Below are positions 45,418-58,058 of a DNA stretch of 64,000 bases, in pieces; the stretch's first letter is position 1; every line of letters begins with the position of its first letter. The notes beneath the pieces were generated by a model. The model was not told the DNA's origin, ran no database searches, and saw only the letters and a list, made by a program, of their open reading frames with translations. A program made the position numbers and the translations under genes. The stretch lies in assembly GCF_988242995.1 (NCBI RefSeq), contig NZ_OZ547043.1. One strand, given 5' to 3'.

Positions 45418-48400
45418 TGATTGAACGCGGTAAATTTCGCTCACTGACGCTGATTAACTGGAACGGCTTTTTTGCCCGAACTTTTGACCTCGATGAGCTG
45501 GTTACGACGCTCTCCGGCGGTAACGGGGCGGGTAAATCCACCACCATGGCGGCGTTCGTTACGGCGCTGATCCCCGACCTGACCCTGCTGCATTTCCGTA
45601 ACACCACGGAAGCCGGGGCCACCAGCGGTTCGCGCGATAAAGGTCTGCACGGTAAGCTGAAAGCGGGTGTCTGTTATTCGATGCTCGACACCATTAACTC
45701 GCGCCACCAGCGTGTGGTGGTCGGTGTGCGTTTGCAACAGGTTGCCGGACGCGATCGTAAAGTCGATATCAAACCGTTTGCCATTCAGGGCCTGCCGATG
45801 TCGGTGCTGCCGACGCAGCTGGTGACCGAAACCCTCAACGAACGCCAGGCGCGTGTACTGCCGCTGAACGAGCTGAAAGACAAGCTCGAGGCGATGGAAG
45901 GCGTGCAGTTTAAGCAGTTCAACTCCATTACCGATTACCACTCGCTGATGTTCGATCTGGGCATCATCGCGCGTCGTCTGCGCTCAGCGTCTGACCGTAG
46001 CAAATTCTATCGTCTGATCGAAGCTTCGCTGTACGGCGGGATCTCCAGCGCCATTACGCGCTCTCTGCGCGACTACCTGTTGCCGGAAAACAGCGGCGTG
46101 CGGAAAGCGTTCCAGGACATGGAAGCGGCGCTGCGCGAAAACCGCATGACGCTGGAAGCGATTCGTGTCACCCAGTCGGACCGTGACCTGTTTAAGCATC
46201 TGATCAGCGAAGCCACCAACTACGTGGCGGCGGACTACATGCGTCACGCCAACGAGCGCCGTGTCCATCTCGACAAAGCCCTGGAATTTCGTCGCGAGCT
46301 ACACACTTCGCGTCAGCAACTGGCGGCTGAGCAGTACAAACACGTCGATATGGCGCGTGAGCTGGCAGAGCACAACGGTGCCGAAGGCGATCTGGAAGCA
46401 GATTATCAGGCGGCCAGCGATCACCTGAACCTGGTGCAAACCGCACTGCGTCAGCAGGAGAAGATCGAACGTTACGAAGCGGATCTCGATGAGCTGCAGA
46501 TCCGTCTGGAAGAGCAAAACGAAGTGGTGGCAGAAGCCATCGAACGCCAGGAAGAGAACGAGGCTCGTGCGGAAGCTGCCGAACTGGAAGTGGACGAGCT
46601 GAAAAGCCAGCTTGCTGACTATCAGCAGGCGCTGGACGTCCAGCAAACGCGCGCGATCCAGTATAACCAGGCGGTTGCTGCGCTTAATCGTGCCAAAGAA
46701 CTGTGCCATCTGCCGGACTTAACCGCCGACAGCGCCGCCGAATGGCTGGAAACCTTCCAGGCGAAAGAGCTGGAAGCGACTGAAAAAATGCTCTCTCTTG
46801 AGCAGAAAATGAGCATGGCGCAAACCGCGCACAGCCAGTTTGAGCAGGCTTATCAGCTGGTGGTGGCAATTAATGGCCCGCTGGCGCGTAACGAGGCGTG
46901 GGATGTCGCTCGCGAACTATTGCGCGAAGGGGTCGATCAGCGTCACCTGGCAGAGCAGGTTCAACCGTTGCGGATGCGCTTAAGCGAACTGGAACAGCGT
47001 CTGCGCGAGCAGCAAGAAGCCGAACGCCTGCTGGCAGATTTCTGCAAACGTCAGGGCAAGAATTTTGATATTGATGAACTGGAAGCTCTGCATCAGGAGC
47101 TGGAAGCACGCATTGCCTCTCTTTCCGATAGCGTGTCTAACGCCCGTGAAGAGCGCATGGCTCTGCGCCAGGAACAGGAACAGCTGCAGTCTCGCATTCA
47201 GAGTTTGATGCAGCGTGCGCCGGTTTGGCTGGCTGCGCAAAACAGCCTCAACCAGTTGAGCGAACAGTGCGGCGAAGAGTTCTCCTCTAGCCAGGATGTC
47301 ACCGAATATCTGCAACAGTTGCTGGAGCGTGAGCGCGAAGCCATTGTTGAACGCGATGAAGTAGGCGCGCGCAAAAACGCCGTCGATGAAGAGATCGAAC
47401 GTTTAAGCCAGCCAGGTGGTTCTGAAGACCAGCGTTTGAATGCGCTGGCGGAGCGTTTTGGCGGCGTGCTGCTGTCCGAAATTTATGACGACGTGAGTCT
47501 GGAAGATGCGCCGTACTTCTCGGCACTGTATGGCCCGTCACGCCACGCCATCGTGGTGCCAGATCTGTCACAGGTAACCGAGCACCTGGAAGGCTTGACC
47601 GATTGCCCGGAAGATCTCTATCTGATCGAAGGGGATCCGCAGTCATTCGATGACAGCGTGTTCAGCGTTGATGAGCTGGAAAAAGCGGTAGTGGTGAAAA
47701 TCGCCGATCGTCAGTGGCGTTATTCACGTTTCCCGGAAGTGCCGCTGTTTGGTCGTGCTGCGCGTGAAAGCCGTATTGAAAGCCTCCATGCCGAGCGTGA
47801 AGTGCTTTCCGAACGCTTCGCCACGCTCTCCTTTGATGTACAGAAAACCCAGCGTCTGCATCAGGCGTTCAGCCGCTTTATCGGCAGCCATCTGGCGGTG
47901 GCGTTTGAGTCTGATCCGGAAGCCGAAATCCGTCAACTGAACAGCCGTCGCGTCGAACTGGAGCGGGCGTTGAGTAATCATGAAAATGATAACCAGCAGC
48001 AACGCATTCAGTTTGAGCAGGCGAAAGAAGGCGTTACGGCGCTGAACCGCATTCTGCCGCGTCTCAACCTGTTGGCTGATGACAGCCTGGCAGATCGCGT
48101 CGATGAAATCCGCGAACGTCTGGATGAAGCCCAGGAAGCCGCGCGTTTTGTTCAGCAGTTCGGTAATCAACTGGCGAAACTGGAACCGATCGTTTCGGTA
48201 TTGCAGAGTGACCCGGAACAGTTCGAACAGTTAAAAGAAGATTACGCGTACTCTCAGCAGATGCAGCGCGATGCCCGTCAGCAGGCGTTTGCCCTGACGG
48301 AAGTGGTGCAGCGTCGTGCGCACTTTAGCTACTCTGACTCGGCAGAAATGCTGAGCGGTAACAGCGATCTCAACGAAAAACTGCGTGAACGTCTGGAACA

Positions 48401-49877
48401 GGCGGAAGCGGAGCGTACCCGCGCGCGTGAAGCGTTGCGCGGACACGCAGCGCAGTTGAGTCAGTACAACCAGGTGCTGGCTTCGCTGAAAAGTTCTTAC
48501 GACACCAAAAAAGAGCTACTTAACGATCTGCAACGTGAATTGCAGGATATAGGCGTGCGTGCTGATAGCGGGGCAGAAGAGCGGGCACGTATTCGCCGTG
48601 ACGAGCTGCATGCGCAACTGAGCAATAACCGTTCACGCCGCAATCAACTGGAAAAAGCGCTCACCTTCTGCGAAGCGGAGATGGACAACCTGACCCGCAA
48701 ACTGCGCAAGCTGGAGCGTGATTACTTTGAGATGCGCGAGCAGGTAGTGACCGCGAAAGCGGGCTGGTGTGCAGTCATGCGCATGGTGAAAGATAACGGC
48801 GTTGAGCGTCGCTTACACCGTCGTGAGCTGGCTTATCTCTCCGCTGATGATTTGCGCTCTATGTCGGATAAGGCGTTAGGTGCGCTGCGTCTGGCGGTGG
48901 CGGATAACGAACATCTGCGCGACGTGCTGCGCATGTCGGAAGATCCGAAACGTCCGGAGCGTAAAATTCAGTTCTTCGTGGCGGTTTATCAGCATCTGCG
49001 TGAACGTATTCGTCAGGATATTATTCGTACCGATGATCCGGTGGAAGCTATCGAACAGATGGAGATCGAACTTAGCCGTCTGACCGAAGAATTAACCTCC
49101 CGCGAACAGAAACTGGCGATCAGTTCCCGCAGCGTGGCGAACATCATTCGCAAAACCATTCAGCGCGAGCAGAACCGTATCCGTATGCTCAACCAGGGGT
49201 TGCAGAACGTATCGTTTGGTCAGGTGAACAGCGTGCGCCTCAACGTGAACGTGCGTGAAACGCACGCCATGCTGCTGGATGTGCTCTCTGAACAGCATGA
49301 GCAGCATCAGGATCTGTTTAACAGCAACCGTCTGACCTTCTCGGAAGCGCTGGCGAAATTGTATCAGCGTCTTAATCCGCAGATTGATATGGGGCAGCGC
49401 ACGCCGCAGACCATTGGCGAAGAACTGCTGGATTACCGCAACTATCTGGAAATGGAAGTTGAGGTTAACCGTGGTTCTGATGGCTGGTTGCGCGCAGAGT
49501 CTGGTGCATTGTCGACCGGTGAGGCGATTGGTACCGGTATGTCGATTCTGGTGATGGTGGTACAAAGCTGGGAAGATGAATCTCGCCGCCTGCGCGGTAA
49601 AGATATCTCTCCTTGCCGCCTGCTGTTCCTCGATGAAGCAGCGCGACTGGATGCTCGTTCTATTGCCACGCTGTTTGAATTGTGTGAACGTTTGCAAATG
49701 CAGCTCATCATCGCAGCGCCGGAAAATATCAGCCCGGAGAAAGGCACCACCTATAAACTGGTGCGTAAAGTCTTCCAGAATACCGAACACGTTCACGTCG
49801 TCGGCCTGCGTGGCTTTGCGCCGCAACTCCCTGAAACGCTTCCAGGAAGTGACGAAGCGCCTTCTCAGGCGAGTTAA
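45417..49877 (+). CDS. mukB: Chromosome partition protein MukB (SMC-like)
   Basis: ORF 45417..49877, 1486 aa, Walker [10 protein letters not shown], long coiled coils, C-terminal head. Confidence 0.97.
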   Translation: MIERGKFRSLTLINWNGFFARTFDLDELVTTLSGGNGAGKSTTMAAFVTALIPDLTLLHFRNTTEAGATSGSRDKGLHGKLKAGVCYSMLDTINSRHQRVVVGVRLQQVAGRDRKVDIKPFAIQGLPMSVLPTQLVTETLNERQARVLPLNELKDKLEAMEGVQFKQFNSITDYHSLMFDLGIIARRLRSASDRSKFYRLIEASLYGGISSAITRSLRDYLLPENSGVRKAFQDMEAALRENRMTLEAIRVTQSDRDLFKHLISEATNYVAADYMRHANERRVHLDKALEFRRELHTSRQQLAAEQYKHVDMARELAEHNGAEGDLEADYQAASDHLNLVQTALRQQEKIERYEADLDELQIRLEEQNEVVAEAIERQEENEARAEAAELEVDELKSQLADYQQALDVQQTRAIQYNQAVAALNRAKELCHLPDLTADSAAEWLETFQAKELEATEKMLSLEQKMSMAQTAHSQFEQAYQLVVAINGPLARNEAWDVARELLREGVDQRHLAEQVQPLRMRLSELEQRLREQQEAERLLADFCKRQGKNFDIDELEALHQELEARIASLSDSVSNAREERMALRQEQEQLQSRIQSLMQRAPVWLAAQNSLNQLSEQCGEEFSSSQDVTEYLQQLLEREREAIVERDEVGARKNAVDEEIERLSQPGGSEDQRLNALAERFGGVLLSEIYDDVSLEDAPYFSALYGPSRHAIVVPDLSQVTEHLEGLTDCPEDLYLIEGDPQSFDDSVFSVDELEKAVVVKIADRQWRYSRFPEVPLFGRAARESRIESLHAEREVLSERFATLSFDVQKTQRLHQAFSRFIGSHLAVAFESDPEAEIRQLNSRRVELERALSNHENDNQQQRIQFEQAKEGVTALNRILPRLNLLADDSLADRVDEIRERLDEAQEAARFVQQFGNQLAKLEPIVSVLQSDPEQFEQLKEDYAYSQQMQRDARQQAFALTEVVQRRAHFSYSDSAEMLSGNSDLNEKLRERLEQAEAERTRAREALRGHAAQLSQYNQVLASLKSSYDTKKELLNDLQRELQDIGVRADSGAEERARIRRDELHAQLSNNRSRRNQLEKALTFCEAEMDNLTRKLRKLERDYFEMREQVVTAKAGWCAVMRMVKDNGVERRLHRRELAYLSADDLRSMSDKALGALRLAVADNEHLRDVLRMSEDPKRPERKIQFFVAVYQHLRERIRQDIIRTDDPVEAIEQMEIELSRLTEELTSREQKLAISSRSVANIIRKTIQREQNRIRMLNQGLQNVSFGQVNSVRLNVNVRETHAMLLDVLSEQHEQHQDLFNSNRLTFSEALAKLYQRLNPQIDMGQRTPQTIGEELLDYRNYLEMEVEVNRGSDGWLRAESGALSTGEAIGTGMSILVMVVQSWEDESRRLRGKDISPCRLLFLDEAARLDARSIATLFELCERLQMQLIIAAPENISPEKGTTYKLVRKVFQNTEHVHVVGLRGFAPQLPETLPGSDEAPSQAS

Positions 49878-49881
49878 AATT

Positions 49882-49911
49882 AAGGCGGCAGCAATGCCGC
49901 CTTTTCTTTTT
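49882..49911 (+). terminator. Rho-independent terminator of the cmoM-mukFEB operon
   Basis: aaggcggcagcaatgccgccttttctttttcc: 8-bp stem followed by a T-run. Confidence 0.65.
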
Positions 49912-50137
49912 CCGAAAACTCCGTTTCTGCACTAAAAAAGTGGCACATTACGGCGCGCTTTTCTTTAAACTTCTTTACATTAGGTTATGTAAAAACGTAT
50001 CGGCGTTTATATACTGAAGATAAGCCTGATGAGTAACAGGCTTGCTCGTCATACTTTCGTGAGTATTGGCGTTGTACAGGCAAGTCGTAAAATAACAGCC
50101 TGGCTATTCAGAGTATGATAAAAACAGGGGGCAAGGG

Positions 50138-51985
50138 ATGTTGCTTAATATGATGTGTGGTCGTCGGCTGTCGGCAATCAGTTTGTGCCTGGCCGTAACA
50201 TTCGCTCCACTGTTCAATGCGCAGGCCGATGAGCCTGAAGTAATCCCTGGCGACAGCCCGGTGGCTGTCAGTGAACAGGGCGAGGCACTGCCGCAGGCGC
50301 AAGCCACGGCAATAATGGCGGGGATCCAGCCATTGCCTGAAGGTGCGGCAGAAAAAGCCCGCACGCAAATCGAATCTCAATTACCCGCAGGTTACAAGCC
50401 GGTTTATCTTAACCAGCTTCAACTGTTGTATGCCGCACGCGATATGCAACCCATGTGGGAAAACCGTGATGCTGTTAAAGCCTTCCAGCAACAGCTGGCA
50501 GAGGTGGCGATTGCCGGTTTCCAGCCGCAGTTTAATAAATGGGTAGAGTTACTGACCGATCCTGGTGTTAACGGGATGGCACGCGACGTCGTGCTCACTG
50601 ATGCGATGATGGGCTATCTCCATTTCATTGCAAATATTCCGGTCAAAGGCACTCGCTGGCTATATAGCAGTAAACCTTATGCGCTTGCAACGCCGCCGCT
50701 TTCGGTGATTAACCAATGGCAGCTGGCGCTGGATAAAGGTCAATTGCCGACGTTTGTTGCAGGACTGGCGCCGCAGCATCCGCAATATGCGGCGATGCAT
50801 GAATCGTTACTGGCCTTACTCAGTGACACCAAACCGTGGCCTCAACTGACCGGTAAAGCAACGTTGCGCCCAGGGCAGTGGAGTAACGACGTACCGGCGT
50901 TGCGCGAAATATTGCAACGCACAGGCATGTTGGACGGGGGGCCAAAAATTACTCTCCCTGGCGATGACACGCCAACTGACGCAGTAGTCAGCCCATCCGC
51001 TGTTACTGTTGAAACAGCAGAAACTAAGCCGATGGACAAGCAAACGACGTCTCGTAGTAAACCTGCGCCTGCCGTTCGTGCCGCCTACGATAATGAACTG
51101 GTGGAGGCCGTTAAACGTTTTCAGGCATGGCAAGGATTGGGGGCAGATGGCGCTATTGGCCCGGCAACGCGTGACTGGTTAAACGTAACGCCCGCCCAGC
51201 GTGCTGGCGTGTTGGCACTCAACATCCAGCGATTGCGCTTGCTGCCAACAGAGCTTTCTACCGGGATCATGGTTAACATTCCAGCCTATTCGCTGGTCTA
51301 CTATCAGAACGGCAATCAGGTACTGGATTCGCGAGTCATTGTCGGTCGCCCCGATCGCAAAACGCCGATGATGAGCAGTGCACTTAACAACGTAGTGGTA
51401 AACCCGCCGTGGAACGTACCACCAACTCTGGCACGCAAAGATATTCTGCCGAAAGTGCGCAACGATCCGGGATACCTCGAAAGCCATGGCTATACGGTGA
51501 TGCGCGGCTGGAACAGCAGAGAAGCGATTGACCCATGGCAGGTTGACTGGTCTACAATCACGGCCTCGAATTTACCGTTTCGCTTCCAGCAGGCTCCAGG
51601 CCCACGGAACTCGCTGGGGCGCTATAAATTCAATATGCCGAGTTCAGAGGCCATTTATTTGCATGACACGCCGAACCACAATCTGTTCAAGCGTGATACA
51701 CGCGCATTGAGCTCAGGCTGTGTACGAGTGAATAAAGCTTCCGATCTGGCGAATATGCTGTTGCAGGATGCAGGATGGAATGACAAACGTATTTCTGATG
51801 CGCTGAAGCAGGGCGATACGCGTTACGTCAATATTCGGCAGTCGATTCCGGTGAATCTCTACTACCTGACGGCCTTTGTTGGTGCAGATGGTCGTACCCA
51901 GTATCGTACAGATATTTACAATTATGATCTGCCTGCGCGATCCAGCTCGCAAATCGTATCGAAAGCGGAACAATTAATCAGGTAA
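50138..51985 (+). CDS. ldtD: L,D-transpeptidase LdtD (YcbB)
   Basis: ORF 50138..51985, 615 aa, signal peptide, PG-binding and YkuD-type L,D-transpeptidase regions; matches YcbB. Confidence 0.92.
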   Translation: MLLNMMCGRRLSAISLCLAVTFAPLFNAQADEPEVIPGDSPVAVSEQGEALPQAQATAIMAGIQPLPEGAAEKARTQIESQLPAGYKPVYLNQLQLLYAARDMQPMWENRDAVKAFQQQLAEVAIAGFQPQFNKWVELLTDPGVNGMARDVVLTDAMMGYLHFIANIPVKGTRWLYSSKPYALATPPLSVINQWQLALDKGQLPTFVAGLAPQHPQYAAMHESLLALLSDTKPWPQLTGKATLRPGQWSNDVPALREILQRTGMLDGGPKITLPGDDTPTDAVVSPSAVTVETAETKPMDKQTTSRSKPAPAVRAAYDNELVEAVKRFQAWQGLGADGAIGPATRDWLNVTPAQRAGVLALNIQRLRLLPTELSTGIMVNIPAYSLVYYQNGNQVLDSRVIVGRPDRKTPMMSSALNNVVVNPPWNVPPTLARKDILPKVRNDPGYLESHGYTVMRGWNSREAIDPWQVDWSTITASNLPFRFQQAPGPRNSLGRYKFNMPSSEAIYLHDTPNHNLFKRDTRALSSGCVRVNKASDLANMLLQDAGWNDKRISDALKQGDTRYVNIRQSIPVNLYYLTAFVGADGRTQYRTDIYNYDLPARSSSQIVSKAEQLIR

Positions 51986-52165
51986 ATGAAGCAGTTCGGG
52001 GAAATCCGTTGTCGTAATAATTAGCATGATCGGGGGCGATTCTCTGCAGCCCCCGTCACTGCTGGGGTTGAGTCATCTTGACGTCTGCTTTACGGGCGGT
52101 TAAGGTGCCTCTTGTGCGCCAGAAGTGCATATAAACGATAACATTGACCTGTAGACTTGATTATC

Positions 52166-52714
52166 ATGGACAAATTCGACGCTAATCGCCGCAAACTGCT
52201 GGCGCTTGGTGGCGTTGCACTCGGTGCCGCCATCCTGCCGACTCCTGCGTTTGCAACACTCTCTACCCCACGCCCGCGCATTTTGACACTCAATAATCTT
52301 CATACCGGAGAGTCAATCAAAGCGGAGTTTTTCGATGGCAGAGGCTATATTCAGGAAGAATTGGCAAAACTTAACCATTTTTTCCGCGATTACCGCGCGA
52401 ACAAAATAAAGTCCATCGACCCAGGATTATTCGATCAGTTGTATCGCCTGCAAGGGTTATTAGGTACCCGCAAACCGGTGCAACTCATTTCCGGTTATCG
52501 TTCCATTGATACCAACAATGAACTACGCGCCCGCAGCCGTGGAGTAGCGAAGAAAAGCTATCACACGAAAGGGCAGGCGATGGATTTCCATATTGAAGGT
52601 ATCGCGTTAAGCAATATTCGCAAAGCCGCGTTATCTATGCGCGCAGGTGGTGTAGGATATTACCCACGTAGTAACTTTGTGCATATTGATACCGGGCCAG
52701 CACGGCACTGGTAG
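52166..52714 (+). CDS. mepK: Murein endopeptidase MepK (YcbK), Tat-signal peptidase M15-like
   Basis: MDKFDANRRKLLALGGVALGAAILPTPAFA twin-arginine signal; 182 aa from the internal Met of ORF 52157..52714. Confidence 0.88.
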   Translation: MDKFDANRRKLLALGGVALGAAILPTPAFATLSTPRPRILTLNNLHTGESIKAEFFDGRGYIQEELAKLNHFFRDYRANKIKSIDPGLFDQLYRLQGLLGTRKPVQLISGYRSIDTNNELRARSRGVAKKSYHTKGQAMDFHIEGIALSNIRKAALSMRAGGVGYYPRSNFVHIDTGPARHW

Positions 52715-52740
52715 CAATTGCTTAACGAAACAGGGGCAGT

Positions 52741-53388
52741 ATGAACTATCGTATTATTCCGGTCACCGCATTCTCCCAGAACTGTTCATTGATCTGGTGT
52801 GAACAAACCCGCTTGGCCGCACTGGTCGATCCTGGCGGCGATGCGGAAAAAATCAAACAGGAAGTTGACGCCAGCGGCCTGACACTGATGCAGATCCTGC
52901 TGACGCATGGTCATCTGGACCACGTTGGTGCAGCGGCGGAACTGGCGCAACATTACGGCGTGCCGGTTTTTGGCCCGGAAAAAGAAGATGAGTTCTGGCT
53001 GCAAGGCTTGCCTGCGCAAAGTCGTATGTTTGGTCTGGAAGAGTGCCAGCCGCTGACGCCGGATCGTTGGCTGAACGAAGGCGATACCATCAGCATAGGG
53101 AATGTGGCTTTACAGGTGTTACATTGCCCTGGGCATACGCCGGGTCATGTCGTGTTTTTTGATGATCGGGCAAAGCTGCTGATTTCTGGCGACGTTATTT
53201 TCAAAGGCGGAGTAGGGCGCAGTGACTTCCCGCGTGGCGATCATAATCAACTGATTTCTTCAATCAAAGATAAGTTGCTGCCACTGGGGGATGACGTGAC
53301 ATTTATTCCGGGTCACGGACCATTATCCACACTTGGTTATGAGCGTCTGCATAATCCCTTCCTGCAAGACGAAATGCCCGTCTGGTAA
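52741..53388 (+). CDS. gloC: Metallo-beta-lactamase-fold hydroxyacylglutathione hydrolase GloC (YcbL)
   Basis: ORF 52741..53388, 215 aa, THGHLDH metal-binding motif. Confidence 0.9.
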   Translation: MNYRIIPVTAFSQNCSLIWCEQTRLAALVDPGGDAEKIKQEVDASGLTLMQILLTHGHLDHVGAAAELAQHYGVPVFGPEKEDEFWLQGLPAQSRMFGLEECQPLTPDRWLNEGDTISIGNVALQVLHCPGHTPGHVVFFDDRAKLLISGDVIFKGGVGRSDFPRGDHNQLISSIKDKLLPLGDDVTFIPGHGPLSTLGYERLHNPFLQDEMPVW

Positions 53389-53400
53389 AGGCGCATAAAA

Positions 53401-53423
53401 AAGCCCGCTTTTTAAGCGGGCTT
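53401..53423. terminator. Bidirectional terminator between gloC (+) and aspC (-)
   Basis: Perfect palindrome aagcccgctt ttt aagcgggctt with A/T runs on both sides. Confidence 0.65.
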
Positions 53424-53438
53424 CATTGTTTTTAACGC

Positions 53439-54629
53439 TTACAGCACTGCCACAATCGCTTCGCACAGCGGAGCCATGTTATCTGGTGTCATCCCGGCTA
53501 CGTTCACACGACCAGAAGCAACAGCATACACGCCAAACTCTTCGCGCAGACGCAGCACTTGTTCTTTTGTCAGACCACTGAAGGAGAACATGCCGTTCTG
53601 TTTGATGATAAAGCTGAAGTCGCGGTTTGCGCCTTTTTCCTGCAGCGTATTGACGAACAACTGACGCATACGCTGAATACGCTGGCGCATATCAGTCAGC
53701 TCTTGTTCCCAAATCGCACGTAACGCATCGTTGCTCAGGATGGTGGCAACAACAGAAGCGCCGTGTGCTGGTGGGTTAGAGTAGTTAGCGCGAATCGCCG
53801 CTTTCATTTGGCTGAATGCGCGATCAACGGTTTCACTGTCAGCAGCAACCAGAGTACAAGCGCCAACACGCTCGTTGTACAGGCCAAAGTTTTTAGAGTA
53901 GGAACTGGCAACAATCAGCTCTTTATGCATAGCCGCGAAAGCGCGCAGTCCTTCAGCATCTTCTTCCAGACCACGGGCAAACCCCTGGTAAGCGAAGTCA
54001 AACAGCGGTAACCAGCCTTTCTCAACGGAAAGTTGTGCCAGTGTCTGCCATTGTTCCAGCGTAGGGTCGATACCGGTTGGGTTATGGCAGCAGCCATGGA
54101 ACAGCACTACGTCGCCAGCCTGAGCTTCGTTCAGGCTGTTAATCAGTGCATCGAAGTCAAGGGTGTGATTTTCCGCATCATAATAAGCGTATTCACGAAC
54201 TTCCAGACCTGCAGAGTTAAAGACGCTCTTATGGTTCGGCCAGCTTGGGTTGCTCACCCACACACGCTTAACGCTGGTATTTTTTGCCAGGAAATCGGCA
54301 GCCACGCGTAGTGCGCCAGTGCCACCCGGAGTCTGTGCCGTGCGAGCACGTTTGTCATTGATCAGGGCGCTACCTTTACCAAACAGCAGTTCCTGAGTGC
54401 AGCGACCAAATTCAGGGATGCCGTCAATGCCGAGGTAATTTTTGGTGGTTTCATTTTCGAGCAGATACTGTTCAGCTTTTTTCACGCTGGTCAGTACCGG
54501 GGTTTTGCCCGTCTCATCTTTATAGACACCAATCCCGAGGTTAATTTTGCCGGGACGTTCATCGGCACGAAACAGATCGGCCAGGCCCAGAATCGGGTCG
54601 GCAGGAGCGGCGGTAATGTTCTCAAACAT
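53439..54629 (-). CDS. aspC: Aspartate aminotransferase AspC
   Basis: ORF 53439..54629 (-), 396 aa, [49 protein letters not shown]. Confidence 0.97.
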   Translation of the reverse strand: MFENITAAPADPILGLADLFRADERPGKINLGIGVYKDETGKTPVLTSVKKAEQYLLENETTKNYLGIDGIPEFGRCTQELLFGKGSALINDKRARTAQTPGGTGALRVAADFLAKNTSVKRVWVSNPSWPNHKSVFNSAGLEVREYAYYDAENHTLDFDALINSLNEAQAGDVVLFHGCCHNPTGIDPTLEQWQTLAQLSVEKGWLPLFDFAYQGFARGLEEDAEGLRAFAAMHKELIVASSYSKNFGLYNERVGACTLVAADSETVDRAFSQMKAAIRANYSNPPAHGASVVATILSNDALRAIWEQELTDMRQRIQRMRQLFVNTLQEKGANRDFSFIIKQNGMFSFSGLTKEQVLRLREEFGVYAVASGRVNVAGMTPDNMAPLCEAIVAVL

Positions 54630-54756
54630 GACGAGGTTCCATTATGGTTACAGAAGGGAAGTCCGCTATCAGGGTAACGGGAGATTTACAAAATTCCAAC
54701 TATTACTGATGAAAACGCAGGCTGTTTTTGCAAGACGTGAGATTGCTCTGGAAGGC

Positions 54757-54788
54757 ATAAAAAAAACAGGACCAAAGTCCTGTTTTTT
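54757..54788 (-). terminator. Rho-independent terminator of ompF
   Basis: aaaaaaacaggaccaaagtcctgttttttcgg: stem caggac/gtcctg with T-runs, directly downstream of the ompF stop on the minus strand. Confidence 0.65.
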
Positions 54789-54813
54789 CGGCATTTAACA
54801 AAGAGGTGTGCTA

Positions 54814-55887
54814 TTAGAACTGGTAAACGATACCCACAGCTACGGTGTCGTCAGAACCTACGCCCAGTTTGTTGTCAGAATCGATCTGGTTGATGATGTA
54901 GTCAACATAGGTGGACATGTTTTTGTTGAAGTAGTAGGTTGCGCCCACTTCAAAGTAGTTCACCAGATCAACATCACCGATACCTTCTACGTCTTTCGCT
55001 TTAGATTTGGTGTAAGCGATGGACGGACGCAGACCGAAATCGAACTGGTATTGCGCAACTAACAGAACGTCTTGCGTTTTGTTGGCGAAGCCGCCTTCAA
55101 TTGGCGTAGCGTTACGGGTTTCACCGTAGTTCGCTGCCAGGTAGATGTTGTTCGCGTCATACTTCAGACCAGTTGCCCACTGTTCAGCTTTTTTACCCTG
55201 ACCGCGGAATTCGGCTTCCTGGGCGTCGGTACGGTCTGCTGCACCGTAAGCACCTACGATACCAAAGCCTTCGAATTCGTAGCTGATAGAGCCACCGACG
55301 CCGTCGCCGTTGGAACGCTCAGGAATACCAGCACGTTCGTTTTTGCCCAGGTACTGAACGGCAAAGTTCAGGCCGTCAACCAGACCGAAGAAGTTGGAGT
55401 TACGATAGGTAGCAACGCCGCCTACACGACCAACGAAGAAGTCATCGCTGTATGCCGTGTCACCGCCAAACTCAGGCAGCATATCGGTGTAACCCAGTGC
55501 GTCGTAAACCACACCGTAGTTACGACCGTAGTCGATAGAACCCGCATCAGCGAATTTCAGACCTGCGAATGCCAGACGAGTTTTGTTACCTTTCTGGGCA
55601 TCAGCGCCTTCAGAGTTGTTACCCTGGAAGTTATATTCCCACTGACCGTAGCCGGTCAGATCGGAATTGATTTGTGTTTCCCCTTTAAAACCAAGACGGG
55701 CATAAGTTTTGTCGCCGTTTCCGCCGTAACTGTTTACACCATTGTCTTTAGAAAAATAATGCAGACCGACAGCTTTACCGTACAGATCTACTTTGTTGCC
55801 ATCTTTGTTATAGATTTCTGCAGCGTTTGCAGTACCTGCTACTAACAGAGCAGGGACGATCACTGCCAGAATATTGCGCTTCATCAT
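54814..55887 (-). CDS. ompF: Outer membrane porin OmpF, allelic variant (357 aa including signal peptide)
   Basis: ORF 54814..55887 (-): [47 protein letters not shown] ... VGIVYQF; five residues shorter than the K-12 protein as I recall it, with differences clustered in loop regions. Confidence 0.93.
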   Translation of the reverse strand: MMKRNILAVIVPALLVAGTANAAEIYNKDGNKVDLYGKAVGLHYFSKDNGVNSYGGNGDKTYARLGFKGETQINSDLTGYGQWEYNFQGNNSEGADAQKGNKTRLAFAGLKFADAGSIDYGRNYGVVYDALGYTDMLPEFGGDTAYSDDFFVGRVGGVATYRNSNFFGLVDGLNFAVQYLGKNERAGIPERSNGDGVGGSISYEFEGFGIVGAYGAADRTDAQEAEFRGQGKKAEQWATGLKYDANNIYLAANYGETRNATPIEGGFANKTQDVLLVAQYQFDFGLRPSIAYTKSKAKDVEGIGDVDLVNYFEVGATYYFNKNMSTYVDYIINQIDSDNKLGVGSDDTVAVGIVYQF

Positions 55888-56400
55888 TATTTATTACCCT
55901 CATGGTTTTTTTTATGACACCTGCCACTGCCGTCAATAAGTTCTGTCAATAAAAATTTACGGAACTATTGATGAGAGTTTGGTGTCTTTATGTGTCTGCA
56001 GGCATCTTTCCATTCAAACTAACGTTTCGCTACCGTGAAAGTGCTACAAAGATAAAGATTTGGTTTCAAAAAGAAAAAATATGTAACCAAAAGTAAAATT
56101 TAAGGAACTTTGTGAACACCGTCATATTTCCATAGAAGCGTGATGATATTTACAGCAATATTTATCTATTTATATGATTTCATTATATTTAAATTAACTA
56201 AACGGAAATTTTGTTTCTGATGGAAACTTTATCGACCTGGCACTAAATCCTCGTTCAGACATCCAGAACGCCAAAAAATAGTATGAAAATTGTGCTATCA
56301 GCTAAGAAAAAACTAATCCGCAATAAGAATGCGGATTATTTTTTGTGCGCAAATGTTGCAGTGTAATATTCCGTAACAGGATGATCGTTATGGTGGGGTT
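55888..56400 (-). promoter_or_regulatory. ompF 5'UTR and promoter/regulatory region (OmpR F1-F3 region around 56040..56105, AT-rich upstream region)
   Basis: Minus-strand reading of 56041..56100 gives tttacttttggttacatattttttctttttgaaaccaaatctttatc, recognisable as the OmpR-box region of the ompF promoter; sites assigned from memory of the ompF promoter. Confidence 0.55.
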
Positions 56401-56448
56401 GCAAATAGATTGCTTGACTTAACAAACAGATAACTTGACAGAAAGGAT

Positions 56449-56477
56449 AAAAAAAGAGCCAGCGGGCGCTGGCTCTT
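56449..56477 (-). terminator. Rho-independent terminator of asnS
   Basis: Minus strand: agagccagcgcccgctggctct followed by ttttttt, immediately downstream of the asnS stop. Confidence 0.65.
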
Positions 56478-56489
56478 GAAGACGCTAAA

Positions 56490-57890
56490 TTAGAAGCTGG
56501 CGTTACGTGGAGTACGTGGGAACGGAATCACATCACGCACGTTTTGCACGCCTGTTACGTAAGCAATCAGGCGTTCAAAACCAAGACCGAAACCGGAATG
56601 CGGAACAGTACCGTAGCGACGCAGATCGCGATACCACCAGTAATCTTCTTTGTTCAGGCCCATTTCCAGCATACGCTCGTCCAGCACGTCCAGACGCTCT
56701 TCACGCTGGGAGCCACCAATGATCTCACCGATGCCCGGAGCCAGAACGTCCATAGCCGCAACGGTTTTACCGTCTTCGTTAAGGCGCATATAGAACGCTT
56801 TAATATCTTTCGGATAGTTTTTAACCACTACCGGTGCTTTAAAGTGTTCTTCCGCCAGATAACGCTCATGCTCAGAAGAGAGATCGACGCCCCAGTAAAC
56901 CGGGTTTTCAAACTTCCTGCCGCAGTTTTCGAGAATGGTCACTGCGTCGGTGTAATCCACCTGCGCGAAATCGGCCTCAATAAAGCGTTCCAGACGTGAA
57001 ACGGCATCTTTATCTACGCGTTCAGCGAAGAATTTCATGTCGTCAGCGCGTTCTTCGAGAACCGCTTTGAAGACATATTTCAGCATGGCTTCAGCCAGAC
57101 CCGCAATATCGTTCAGGTTAGCAAACGCCACTTCCGGCTCCAGCATCCAGAATTCCGCCAGGTGACGGCTGGTGTTGGAGTTTTCAGCACGGAAAGTCGG
57201 GCCGAAGGTATAAATTTTGGACAATGCGCAAGCGTAGGTTTCGCCGTTCAACTGGCCAGATACGGTCAGGAAAGACTCTTTACCAAAGAAGTCTTTGTCG
57301 AAATCCACTTTGCCCTGATCGTTACGCGGCAGGTTTTCCAGATCCAGCGTAGAAACGCGGAACATTTCGCCAGCCCCTTCGGTATCAGACGCAGTAATCA
57401 GTGGCGTTGAAACCCAGAAGAATCCCTGCTCGTTAAAGAAGCGATGCAGCGCCTGCGCCAGCGTATGGCGAACGCGCGCGACGGCACCAATCAGGTTTGT
57501 GCGCGGACGCAGGTGAGCGACTTCACGCAGATACTCAATGCTGTGGCGTTTTGCCGCCATCGGGTAAGTGTCTGGATCTTCAACCCAACCAGCAACTTCA
57601 ACCTTGCTGGCCTGAATTTCAAATTGTTGCCCCTGGCCCGGCGATGCCACGACTTTACCCGTCACAATGACCGAGCAACCGGTGGTCAGACGCAGGACGT
57701 CTTCATTGTAATTGGGCAGAGAATTATTGATGACAGCCTGTACAGGATCAAAGCAGGAACCGTCATAAACGGCGAGGAAGGAGATGCCAGCTTTTGAATC
57801 TCGGCGGGTACGTACCCATCCGCGCACGGTGACTTCGCTGTCAACGGCTACGCGGCCCTGGAGTACGTCGGCTACAGGCACAACGCTCAT
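56490..57890 (-). CDS. asnS: Asparaginyl-tRNA synthetase AsnS
   Basis: [51 protein letters not shown] in ORF 56490..57935; start at the internal Met (466 aa). Confidence 0.95.
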
Positions 57891-58058
57891 AATATTCTCT
57901 CTGTTAATAGTCGGAAAAAATAAACACTTGTCCACCCGTAAATGGGGGGATACCTATGTTACCTGGCATCTGCAATCAGACAAGCAGAATTCGCAAATGC
58001 AGCGAAAGATTTCGGAATTAAAGGTAAAAAAAGGGAGCCGATTAGCTCCCTGATGATA

